The notes under the pieces are model-generated. The model was not told the DNA's origin. It worked only from the letters and a program-made list of their open reading frames with translations, and made no database searches. A DNA stretch of 64,000 bases from contig NC_083229.1 in assembly GCF_032191835.1 (NCBI RefSeq), forward strand, positions 76,632,001-76,696,000, written 5' to 3'. The stretch's first letter is position 1, and the number at the start of each line of letters is the position of its first letter. The position numbers were made by a program, and so were the translations under genes. Positions 1 through 9,998 of this stretch are shown in pieces. The DNA is from Heteronotia binoei. Its lineage: Eukaryota.

Positions 1-315
1 TAATTGTTTTCTCATTAAAGCCAGATGTTTCAACCCTTTTTGAACGTATGGACATGTGTCCACCAACGAGACTGGTACCAATAACATCTTCATAAAGTAG
101 GATCCAATTTGATGAGATGCGAGATTACTCATTCAATGTAAGTAAGCTGGCCAAAAGGGTATGAGTCCCACCCCTTCCAGGAAAGGCAAGTGTGGCTCAT
201 TTAACAGCACCCTATTGCACAGAGTTAAAGATGAGCTTTTGCTTCCATCTCACCTATAATTCAGAATGGCATTGATAACAACAGGTCTGTTTCATGGTTT
301 TGCAGATTGCAGATT

Positions 316-376
316 TGCAGCCCTGAGTCCGCTTGCGGAGAGGGCGGGATATAAGCTTAACGTAATAAATAAATAA
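316..376 (+). mobile_element. L2-type LINE 3' end remnant
   Basis: GCAGCCCTGAGTCCGCTTGCGGAGAGGGCGGGATATAAG followed by (AAAT)n; the same terminal motif closes the L2 at 28780-28840. Confidence 0.65.
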
Positions 377-1075
377 ATTCCCATATGTCCAGAATGAGAT
401 GTTTCGGGTGATTAATTGTTAGCTGGCAAATATCCCCTGAAGCACATGTTGCTACAAACATACAATCATTTCAACGGTATACATTAATTTCAGCTTAGTA
501 GTGCTTACAAAATTGCCCAAATAGTGATGTTCATATTTTATAACATATCCAGAGAGTTTTGCTAGAGCACTAACTTAAATGTAGGCTGCTGGCAGCTTTT
601 ATTAACATGTGAATTAGGAAAGAGAGCAGTTGTGAATGCTCCACCAAAGGCACTCATTCATCAGCGATCCAATGTACAAATCAGTAAAGGTGGAGTAGTT
701 TGTTAAATTAGTTCCCAGCAGCCAATACTTAATTTCTAAAATGAGAGGTGGAGAACCTCAGTGCTGCCCAGAAGTCACAGGGCTGGTGCACACCTTCTCT
801 ACATTGCCATGCATTTAGATACATGACTGCCTGGAGAAAGAAAAGTTTACATGACACTTGTCATGGGTGTAGGCACAGCCACTCTCATGACTGTAGGTGT
901 ACTTTTCAGGGTAGTTATTATTTTATTTATAGCAGGTATATTACCACTTAGAGCAGTTTAGTTAGGATTAGAGATGCTCAGTTCTTCATTGTTCCCTCAC
1001 AGCCAACATATTCCTGACTATATCACAATCTAATTGTGTGTGCTTTGAACATTAAGTTCTACTTCAAAACAGGCT

Positions 1076-1360
1076 AAAGGTAAAGGTAGTCCCCTGTCGT
1101 TTTTGACTCTGGGGTGACGTTGCTTTCACAACGTTTTCACGGCAGACTTTTTACGGGGTGGTTTGCCATTGCCTTCACCAGTCATCTACACTTCCCCCCG
1201 CCCATCAAGCTGGGTACACATTTTACCTACCTTGGAAGGATGGAAGACTGAGTCAACCTCAAGCCGGCTACCTGAATCAGCTTTTGCTGGGATCGAACTC
1301 AGGTCATGAGCAGAGGGCTCTGACTGCAGTACTGCAGCTTTACCACTCTTCGCCACGGAG
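1076..1360 (-). mobile_element. Sauria-type tRNA-derived SINE, near full length
   Basis: Minus strand begins CCGTGGCGAAGAGTGGTAAAG (A-box-like), contains GAGTTCGATCC (B-box-like) and ends in an (ACCTTT)n tail. Its 3' part matches the SINE piece at 8191-8253/19175-19232. Confidence 0.85.
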
Positions 1361-1524
1361 TTAACTGGGACTAAATATGAGGGACAGCATTTATTTACTG
1401 TGCAAAGACAACTGTCTGAGAGAAAGGGAACACAGGCCCATGTTCCAGAGACAATCACAAGAATGTAAGAATGCAAGAACATAAGAAGAGCCCTGCTGGA
1501 TCAGATCAGTAGTCTACATAGTCC

Positions 1525-1698
1525 ACATGAAGTTGTCTTCACTGAGTCAGACCCTTGGTCCGTCACAGTAAGTGAGGTCTACTTGCAGTAGCTCTCCAGA
1601 TTCTCAGGCAGAAGTCTTTTTCTGCCTATTGGCAGATCTTTCTACTAGAGATGCCAGGTACTACATCTGGGACTTTTTGCATTCCAAGCAGATATGAG
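1525..1698 (-). mobile_element. Older degraded copy of the tRNA-derived SINE found at 1699-1907
   Basis: Aligns by eye with 1699-1907 (TGAGTCAGACCCTTGGTCC ... GCTCTCCAG ... GAGATGCC ... TGGGAC ... CCAAGCAGATG). Confidence 0.6.
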
Positions 1699-1907
1699 CA
1701 TATGAAGCTTCCTTATACTGAATCAGACCCTCGGTCCATCAAAGTCAGTATTGTCTACTCAGACTGGCAGCGGCTCTCCAGGGTCTCAAGCTGAGGTTTT
1801 TCATGCCTACTTGCCTGGACCCTTTCTAGTTGGAGACGCTGGGGATTGAACCTGGGACCTTCTGCTTACCAAGCAGATGCTCTGCCACTGAGCCCTGTCC
1901 TCTCCCC
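1699..1907 (-). mobile_element. tRNA-derived SINE with a CR1-like 3' tail
   Basis: Minus strand has GGCTCAGTGGCAGAGCATCTGC (A box) and CCCAGGTTCAATCCCC (B box), and ends TCTGATTCAGTATAAGGAAGCTTCATATG. Confidence 0.8.
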
Positions 1908-2859
1908 ATCCTGTCTCAGTGGCCAACCAATTCTTCTGGAGGGCCAAAACAGGCCATAGAATCCAAGACTCTGCCTTGATGTTGCTTCCTGGCACTGGTA
2001 TTCAGAGGTATAACACTCCCTAGAGCTCTCAGATCAGGGGTCCCTATGAGTACATCAGGAATTCCCTCACTAGTTCCTCATTCAACACTAGTACACTCAA
2101 CTTATACAGCCCTACCCAGCCTAATGCTATTGCCACCTTAAACCCCAGTGCCTATTTCAGAGTTCCAACCTGCCAGCCAAATCCTGTCCTCTCATTGGTG
2201 GTGTCCTCTCAATCTAGGCTTGGAAGTTATTAATTCTGTCCAAGTCATGGGAAAACCCCAGCTTCTGACTAGGCCCACCAGGATCCCCCAACCTGTCACA
2301 AGAGATTTATTGCCGCAGAATGTAGAAGTTCCCTTTAGTCACCATGGCTAGTAGCCACTGATAGACCTGTCCTCCATGAATTTGCTAATCTCCTTTAAAG
2401 TTGTCTGTGCCTGTGGCCATCACTATATCCTCTGGCAGCAAATTTCACATTTTAATCACTTGTTGTGTAAAGAAGTTTTTCCTTCTGTCTGTCCTGAATC
2501 TACTGCCCATTAGCTTCATTGGATGCCCTCAAGTCCTAGTGTTTTGGGAGAGGAAGAAAAATTTCTCTTTGTCAATTTTCTCCCTAGTTTTATAAAACTC
2601 TACCATGTTCCCTCTAGGGATAGGTACAAACCAGGAAAATGTGGTTCAGTTTGTGGTTCATGGCAGGACCACAAGCAGAATGAAACCAGGATATTTGTTT
2701 GTAAACCAAAGCAGTTTATGGTTCATGGCCCTGCAAATCCCATTGAAAGTAACCTCAGCTCCTTTAAACAGTGTTTACAGAAAGTCTGCAAAACAGCTGA
2801 GCATCAGGGAGCAGTTTTCTCTCTGCTGCTCAGCTGTTTTGGGCTGTCTTCTGCAGTCC

Positions 2860-4210
2860 CATTACTGTAATTACAGTGGGACAGGTAACTCTGGGGAGCA
2901 GGGGGTTTGAGGAAGACCAAATTTGCAGGACTGCTTCTGGTGTCTCTCCCCGACAGAACCCCAAAGTTCCAACATGATTGGATTTTGGGGTTCAGTTCTG
3001 GGGGCACCCAAAATGGGCCCTTTCCCCTATGGTGGGAAAAAAGCAACCAGTCACTTTTCCCACTGTAATAACAGTGGGAAAAGTGACTCTGGGGAGGGGG
3101 GTTGAGAGAGTGGCCCCAAAATTGCAGGGCAGCTGAAAAGGCCTGACTCTCAATATTTTTTGGCATAATTACACTGCCACCAGATATGATACAAGGTTCC
3201 TTTCACCTTCCCGCATTTCCAGCATTTGTTAGAGTAGCTTGGATAGATCTTGGCCAGCCTCTCCGGGGTTAAGTACCATCTATAGGCCATTTTATACAGG
3301 TTTTCCTTTAATTCAGATGCTAAAGTTAATTGAAGATTTTGTTTCCAAATATTATCCCATTCTTTCAGCTCGATATTATATCTGAAATCATTCAGCCATC
3401 TAATTCAACTCTCTTTAACCAATTCATCTTGCATTTTATTCATTAACAACCAATTATATATTTGGTGCCAGAAAATCTTCAAAATAAGACTTCCACATAC
3501 ACCTGAATTCTACCTGTTAAGTATAGTAAAGGAAAATCTCCCCAAATTAGAGAAAAAACTGTTGGTACATATTGTTACCGTGGCTAGAATCCTATACGCC
3601 AGGTACTGGAAGGTTGCAAAAATCCCAGAAAGGGATGAATTTGTGCAAAAGCTATTAAGAGGCAGCAGAGCTAGATATGCTAACAATGAAATTAAGAGGA
3701 CAGTGTTACTCGGCTTGTAAAAAGATTTGGAATCCGCTGTATCTATGGATAAAAAGTATGGGAATTGAAATGAGGAATTTGAATCTATGTTTTGGTGGTT
3801 CCCCATAAGCTCTTGGTGGGGGGGGGGGAAATGGTGGTGAGGTGTTGAATGTGTTATATTGTTGTGATAATTTGTTATTGCAAGTATTTTTGTACTGCAA
3901 ACAAGATTTAATAAATTGTTTCATTTGAAAAAAAGAAAAGGCCTGACTCTCACAGAATCCCAAAGTTCCAGATAATTAGAACAAATTCTAGGGGCAGCCA
4001 AGGAGGGCCCTTTTCTCTATGATGGGAAACTGTCACTTTTCCCACTGTAATCACTGTGGGAAAAGTTACTATTGGGAGGAGGGGGTTTGAGGAAGAGGCA
4101 CCAAATTTTCAGGGCAGCTTCAGGTGCCTCTCCCCACCAGAAACTTCATGTTCCAGAAAGATTGGACCAGGGTCATTGTTCCCTACTGTAGGAAAAACTA
4201 CCCATTGTAG
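2860..4210. repeat. Interspersed non-coding repeat (probably a non-autonomous DNA transposon) interrupted by the L1 at 3153-3934
   Basis: Internally repeated blocks (CACTTTTCCCACTGTAAT...GTGGGAAAAG, CCAAAATTGCAGGGCAGC, CCCAAAGTTCCA) on both sides of the L1. Confidence 0.5.
3153..3934 (+). mobile_element. 5'-truncated, 5'-inverted L1 with 18-bp TSD
   Basis: TSD GAAAAGGCCTGACTCTCA at 3135-3152 and 3935-3952. About 3153-3465 encodes on minus ...KENLYKMAYRWYLTPERLAKIYPSYSNKCWKCGKVKGTLYHIWWQC; about 3468-3670 encodes on plus QKIFKIRLPHTPEFYLL...ARILYARYWK. These are consecutive parts of the ORF2 C-terminus seen at 15466-18900. AATAAA at 3910 and an A tail follow. Confidence 0.9.
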
Positions 4211-7200
4211 CAGTCAGATTCTTCTAGACAATCTACAATGAAAAGTCAACTGTGGTGAGGGTTCTTGTTGTTTTACTACCACTACATAACACTGAATTTT
4301 ACATTTATCATACGTCTTTATATTTTTCCAGTGAACTGCAGAAATGCAGTACAATAAATTTTAGAATGAGCAAGTCAATACATTTGTTAGATCTCATATC
4401 AAATCAAGAAAAGCTGCTGTTCTGCCACTTGCATCAGTACATTTGATGGCATTGCTTTCGTATTAAGAACAAATTCAGACTTTCATTTAGGATGAATAAC
4501 ATCAGTTCAGTAGTTATAAAATAAGAACAGATGGACAGTGAGGTAAGATTCTATATGTAATGCAGTGTGCTAAAGAATCCATCCCAAACTGTCTTGCAGT
4601 TGCCACATGACTCAATGACATTGCAGCAACATTCTATCATGTGAGCATGCATCTAATTGGTGGTTTGCATTAAAACTTTATCTCATCTTGGGTTTTGTTT
4701 TTGTTTTTTGGAAAAGGGAGGTTTGAAAGGAAAGAATTTGGACTGCTGTCCCACAAACATGGCATTGGTTTTTCTTCATTTTCAGAGAGTGAAGATGTCT
4801 TCTAAAAATGTTCCCATGGGAAGAACAAGTGTTATCCCGTTCTTTAAAATATCTGTGTACACTGTTTCTTTGCATAAGTTCAGCCCTGAAATCTTTCTTA
4901 TCAAAATCCAGTGTTAAACCACAGTAATACCCCTGTCCCTTTTTTATACAGCATCCTGTTGACTAATATCCAGGCTCTAATCCACCACAACTCATATCTT
5001 CTGCTATGACTACCCAGTTATCTTCCATTTTATATCTGTGCATTTAGATTTTTTTGCTCTCTATGGAAGAACTATGTGCTCAATGTCATAAGCTGCTTGC
5101 AGCCTTTTCTGACCTTTTACAGAGGTAAAAACTGACAAAGCTAAGAAGAAAACTTCATTTCTATTTCTACCACCCACACTGGCAAAAATCAAAACTGTAA
5201 GATGCTAGAAAATTATTATCTGTATCACTGCTTGTGCGCTCCCCTACCACCCCCAGATGACTGTACAGTCTAGGGTGGTTCAAAACTGGGTCATTCTCTG
5301 TAATCAAGTCATCAGTGTTCTGGCATCAGCAATGCAACAGTGGATCAACAAGGTAGTTAATATTGAGTTTTGGAGATAATTTACTTTTTGGATTTTTTTC
5401 ATTCACACAAGGGTTCTGTTCCATTATGATCACCAGTCTGCTTCCCACTCTTTACTGATATTGCCATAAGCATATTTCCTGTTCTTTATTCAGTTTTAAC
5501 TGTTATGTCATGACATCAGGAATATCACCAAATGGTAGAAAGAGAAATGGTACTAGTGCCTCCAAATAAGGATGTGGCGCACCAGTATGCAAATTAAATA
5601 GTTTATTAATAGCTGATCTACATCAGTTAATCATCTCTGAATTGGTGCAAGTTGCTGCTAACAAGCAGCATATAGGCTGGGGACAAAATTCACATTTGTT
5701 AGATAGTGTGATACCACCAATTTCAAACTTAAAAAAATGCAGGAAATAATTTGGAGATTTACAATGAACTATTTTCCAGTATGCACCAAAATGTACATCA
5801 ATCTGAGAGCATGGTAAAAAGTAGCAGAAAGATTGTCCACACACTATAGAAACTGGGCATCTATACCAGATATTAGGAAAAGAAAATCACAACAAAATAT
5901 CTGCAGTGCTGACACATGGGTCTCAGCTGTAGTCAAACTGTTGCCCTAAAATTGACTGTGGAGCATATGTATCACACTACAGATTCTATATACTTATGTC
6001 AATGTTTTAAATGTTACATTTTTGATAAAGTGAATAAGAAGCATGAGCAATTCTCTAATAATACATCTCAGGGTTAATTAACACATTATTGTACATCCCT
6101 GAATAGCTCATTAGTCATTAACTGACAGCACAGCAAGTGAACTACCACAACGAAAAGATGTGTCTGAAATTACATCAATCTGTTTTGTCTGCAGTACTTA
6201 ACAGCTGAAGTGAACACTGGAATAAACTACTAGTGTTTCAAATCATAGATGTAGAATATGGATGGGCTACCAGGAAAATGTAGTTCAGTTCATGATTCAT
6301 CGAGTGCCCAGTTTGTGAACCACAAGTTGTCATAAACTTGTTAGCCACCAAATGAACTGGTTTGCTTTGTGAGATTCATGATATGGTAGAATCTGTGGCC
6401 CCCTGCCTCAGAACAAAAAGGGAGACACAGTCTTTGTCTCAGGTGTATACTGTGCTAGTGTATGTGGAGACACACATAAATACAAACAGCAATTTGGTAT
6501 AACCATGGCACACACCTTGCAGAGATACAGAGTTTTAGCATATCGTGCATCATGTATCAATCCAGGCTTAATGGAACACTGCCAAGGTAGCACGCTTGGG
6601 ACTGAAGCCTTATTATATTTACAGTTTGAAGGAAGTGACAGATTTTAAAACATTGATCAAAAAGGCTAAGGTGGCAGAAGGGAATGCAACCATGATGAAG
6701 GGAATATGGACTTCCCCTATCATTTTTTTGAGTCTCAAATACCCAATCCCTATACAGAATCCATGCTGTATAGCAAGAAAAAAAATACTTGGAATACAAA
6801 CTGCCTCAATAATAATATCTTATTTTTTTTTTTACCTTTATTGATTCATGTGCTTTTACCCTGTATTTAAGGCACCCTAAGTGTCTTTCACCTGCATGTT
6901 GTTATATCTGCTTCCATCTTTTTAAATCTTTAATTGCAGGATGCTACAGCAGTCAGCAGTGACATGTAGGAATTTAGACCCTCTTTTTTAAAAAAAAAAA
7001 TAGCATATCTATTCTTAGCTATCTTTTGCACAAATCCTTTCAGGGATGCTACTATTCCTGTATTTTTGTAAGCTATTAATGTCAATAATTGTAATTTCAA
7101 GTAAGTGCAGTTGTTAAAACATACAGCAACAATACTGAAAATGAAGAAGGGTGTGACCTGAAATGAAAGCAATGAACCAGTGAACCAAAATAGACTTTCC

Positions 7201-7279
7201 TGTTGTTGCTTTTAAGCATGCTCTGCTATGATGCACAACATCCCCATTTCACCATGTCATTTTATGCAACTGCAGACAG

Positions 7280-7491
7280 ATCAAGATGGGTAGCTGTGTT
7301 AGCCTATCTGTAGCAGTAGAGAAGAGCAAGAGTCCAGCAGCACTTTAAAGGCTAACAAAATGTATGGTAGAGTATGAGCTTCCATGAGTCACCACTCACT
7401 TCTTTAGATATAGGGAAGTGACTAGTGACTTACAAAAACTCATACCCTACCACACATTTTGTTAGCTGCTACTGGACCCCTGCTCTTTTCT
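7280..7491. mobile_element. Penelope-like element remnant: two inverted termini forming an imperfect hairpin
   Basis: AGAGTCCAGCAGCACTTTAAAGGCTAACAAAATGTATGGTAGAGTATGAG is mirrored by CTCATACCCTACCACACATTTTGTTAG..GCTACTGGAC. Confidence 0.65.
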
Positions 7492-7859
7492 ATGCAATTG
7501 CAGTGTGGACTTATTGAACAATAAAAATAAAATCCCATCATTGGAGGTCACAAAAAAAGTAGATATATACCTTGTGGTACTTTTAAAATACTCTACCCAT
7601 ACAAAAGCTTCACGGGTAAAATGAGTCCTAATTAATCATCATTCATAGAAAAAGGAGATTATTTCCATATAACAGGTAGATTAAAAAGAACATAGAACTA
7701 CTTCACATGTGATGAAGTGTTCACAGATGGAATTTCTATGCAAGAAATAACACACAGACCATGACACCATCATTTATTGACAAGTAAGGAAGATTGGGCC
7801 CACTGAATTTCAGTGAAAGATTGATTTCTATATCCTATTTATGCCTATGAAAGTTAAAT

Positions 7860-8190
7860 CAGACAAACACATAATCCTTATGAACAATGCAAAGAGACAA
7901 CAGAAATAGTAGATAAGGCTGGGGAGGCATTTAGGTTGTTGGAAAAGGATTTCATGCAGCAAGATGAATAATTCAAAAGCCTTTCTGATGACTTTGAGAG
8001 AATTTAGAGTAAATTACGATGTGTTAATCTTAGTGTGTATGAATTAAAAGAAGATGCAGAAGGTTATAATCTGAAAAAATATTTTAAAGATTTAGTTACA
8101 GGTTTACTTGGATCAGATTTTCAAGAACAGGTTAAGATAGATGCAACTTTCTGCATAAATAAGAAAGATTTTCAAGAGTTGACCTAAGGA
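7860..8190 (+). pseudogene. Possible degraded L1 ORF1 (RRM region) fragment of an older family
   Basis: Translation RCVNLSVYELKEDAEGYNLKKYFKDLVTGLLGSDFQEQVKIDATF resembles the L1 ORF1 RRM start; stops are present. Confidence 0.4.
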
Positions 8191-8253
8191 TGTAGATGAC
8201 TGGAGAAGGCAATGGTAAAGGTAAAAAGTCTGCCATGAAAATGTCATGATGCG

Positions 8254-8960
8254 GCTTCCGGCAAGATGGCCGGGTGATGCGGAGCTCCTTTCCTTGCCTG
8301 AGGAGGGAACTCTGTTTGGGGGGTAACTGAGGGGGCTTCCCGGTTGGGAGGCACCTCTTAAGGAGCTGTCAGGAGACGCTCCGAAGCCTGGGGGGCTTCT
8401 GGACGTGAGTGAGGAACGGAGGTTCCTCATTCAGAGCCAGTTTCCTCCTGGCCATTACCCCACCAACACTTTGGTGCCTAACTGTGCCGCCGGAGAGGGA
8501 GATCGGAGAGATACCGTTAATCTCCTTTAACTATACTATACCCACTAGCCTTCTTTTTAGTAGGGTTGCCTTACCTTTCAAGTGTACTTGGAGAAGCGTG
8601 CAGCTTTGTTTGGGAACGGTCTGTCGGGTATGCAGTGGCGGCGCGGTTGCTGAGCGTCGCCGGAGGAGCGAGCGGCTGAGAGACGGTCGGGCGAGCGATC
8701 GAGGGGAAGCAAGCAGAGGCTGAGACTGAGTGGATTGACGTGGCTGAGGTGAAGCAAGGGCGTGAAGTGGCGAGAGAGCGAGGGGGGAAGAGGCGCTTCC
8801 TGCTTTTGAAGGACTGGCCTTTGCCGCCGTTGCAATCGTCGTCCCTACGGTGTGGGGGCTAGATTGGAGTGGGTGACCTGTAATGGCGGACGCGGCAGCG
8901 GCTTGAAGTAGTGGAAGACACCGGGAGCGTCTGAATTCTAAGGCTGTGTGAGACCCCTAC
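8254..8960 (+). promoter_or_regulatory. L1 internal promoter / CpG-rich 5' UTR with ETS-like and YY1-like motifs at the 5' end
   Basis: The element starts GCTTCCGGCAAGATGGCCG (CTTCCGG ETS-like; CAAGATGGCCG YY1-like); many CpGs up to about 8960. Confidence 0.7.
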
Positions 8961-9658
8961 GCTTTATTTCTGATCTGCTTCGTTTTTCTTTTTTCGGCTT
9001 CTGTGCTGTTTTGACTCTGTACTTGTTTATTCCTTATATTTTGTTGTGGAAGGGGTTTTGTTATTGAAGGGGATTGTTTTGTCTTTCGATTGGAGCACTT
9101 CCGGGATGATTATAACTTAAAGGGTAAAGCAGCAGTTCTGAGCGGCTTTGCTGCGGCTGCACTTTACTGAAGACTCTGGGTCCTAGTGCTATAACTATTA
9201 CCAATAGAGAACAGAGACATAGACTGGCAGTGTAATTGGTACTCAAACAGGAGTTAGACTTGTGGATTGTACTTGGACATTAAGACTGGGAATTGGAAGA
9301 AGAAAGAACTGGAGAAGGGAAGAGAGAAGAAGGAAGAGGAAGAGAGAAGAGGAAGTAAGATAAGACTGTGTACATAATTTTATTGGTTGTTTCTTGGACT
9401 CAGCAATTTGTCTCTTGTGATCTACCATACACTTTGATTGTTGTTAATTAATTGAAGTTGTTTGATCCCAATTAATTTTTGATGCCTTAAATTTAAGCGC
9501 TTAGTCTTACTGCTCTATGTTTATGTGGGGTGGGGAGTTTGAATTTTGGAATTGTTGATCTGATTTGTAGATTCACTGTCTTGATTGTGTATATTACTGT
9601 AGTACATACTGCCTAGGGTTGGCTACGATAATTTTGAAATTGAGTTAAAGGTACTGGG

Positions 9659-9923
9659 TGTAGTGTATCAAGAAATGTCATGCGACCAGACGGGGGGGGG
9701 GGGGCAACTGGGCAGTCCCAGGAGCCCCAGCGCCGGGAGCCAGTTCCCCGCCTATCTCCAGCTGTGGCGGGAAGTTCAACGGGGCAGGATTGGCCCGACC
9801 AACCCAGTAGGCTGTACCCGGGATTGTATATAAGCGGGACCCGGCCCGCGTGTTCTCTCTCTAGCTACGTGCTCCCAATAAACCATGTTGCCCTACTCTC
9901 GTCTCCGTTTTGAGTACGTTACA
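9659..9923 (+). repeat. Gypsy 5' LTR (265 bp)
   Basis: TGTAGTG...GTTACA; TATATAA at 9827-9833; AATAAA at 9877-9882. Differs from the 3' LTR only by G13 vs G8 and T9911 vs C14151. Confidence 0.97.
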
Positions 9924-9924
9924 C

Positions 9925-9942
9925 TGGCGACGAGGATGGGAT
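9925..9942 (+). promoter_or_regulatory. Primer-binding site for tRNA-Ser(GCT)
   Basis: TGGCGACGAGGATGGGAT is the 18-nt complement of the vertebrate tRNA-Ser(GCT) 3' end as I recall it (...ATCCCATCCTCGTCGCCA); it lies 1 nt after the LTR. Confidence 0.85.
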
Positions 9943-9998
9943 ACTAGCCTCAGCGGCTACGACGGAGATCTGGGCAACAAGCGACCGCCGCCGCCATC

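Larger units (their letters stand above)
1476..2612 (-). mobile_element. CR1 3' end split into three pieces (about 1476-1524, 1908-2010, 2318-2612) by later insertions
   Basis: AAGAACATAAGAAGAGCCCTGCTGGATCAG terminus; the pieces continue one another as a CR1 3' UTR/ORF2 end. Confidence 0.7.

Noticed and set aside
1830-1907. tRNA-like segments here and at 1290-1360, 50326-50395 and 61660-61723 as tRNA genes
   Set aside because: They are SINE heads attached to SINE bodies and tails.
4760-4860. Polypyrimidine tract plus AG as a host-gene exon start
   Set aside because: No convincing donor site or recognisable peptide.
8113-8835. Antisense and sense ORFs in the L1 5' UTR (possible ORF0 analogue)
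   Set aside because: Short, mostly non-ATG starts, GC-rich context, no similarity I can recognise.
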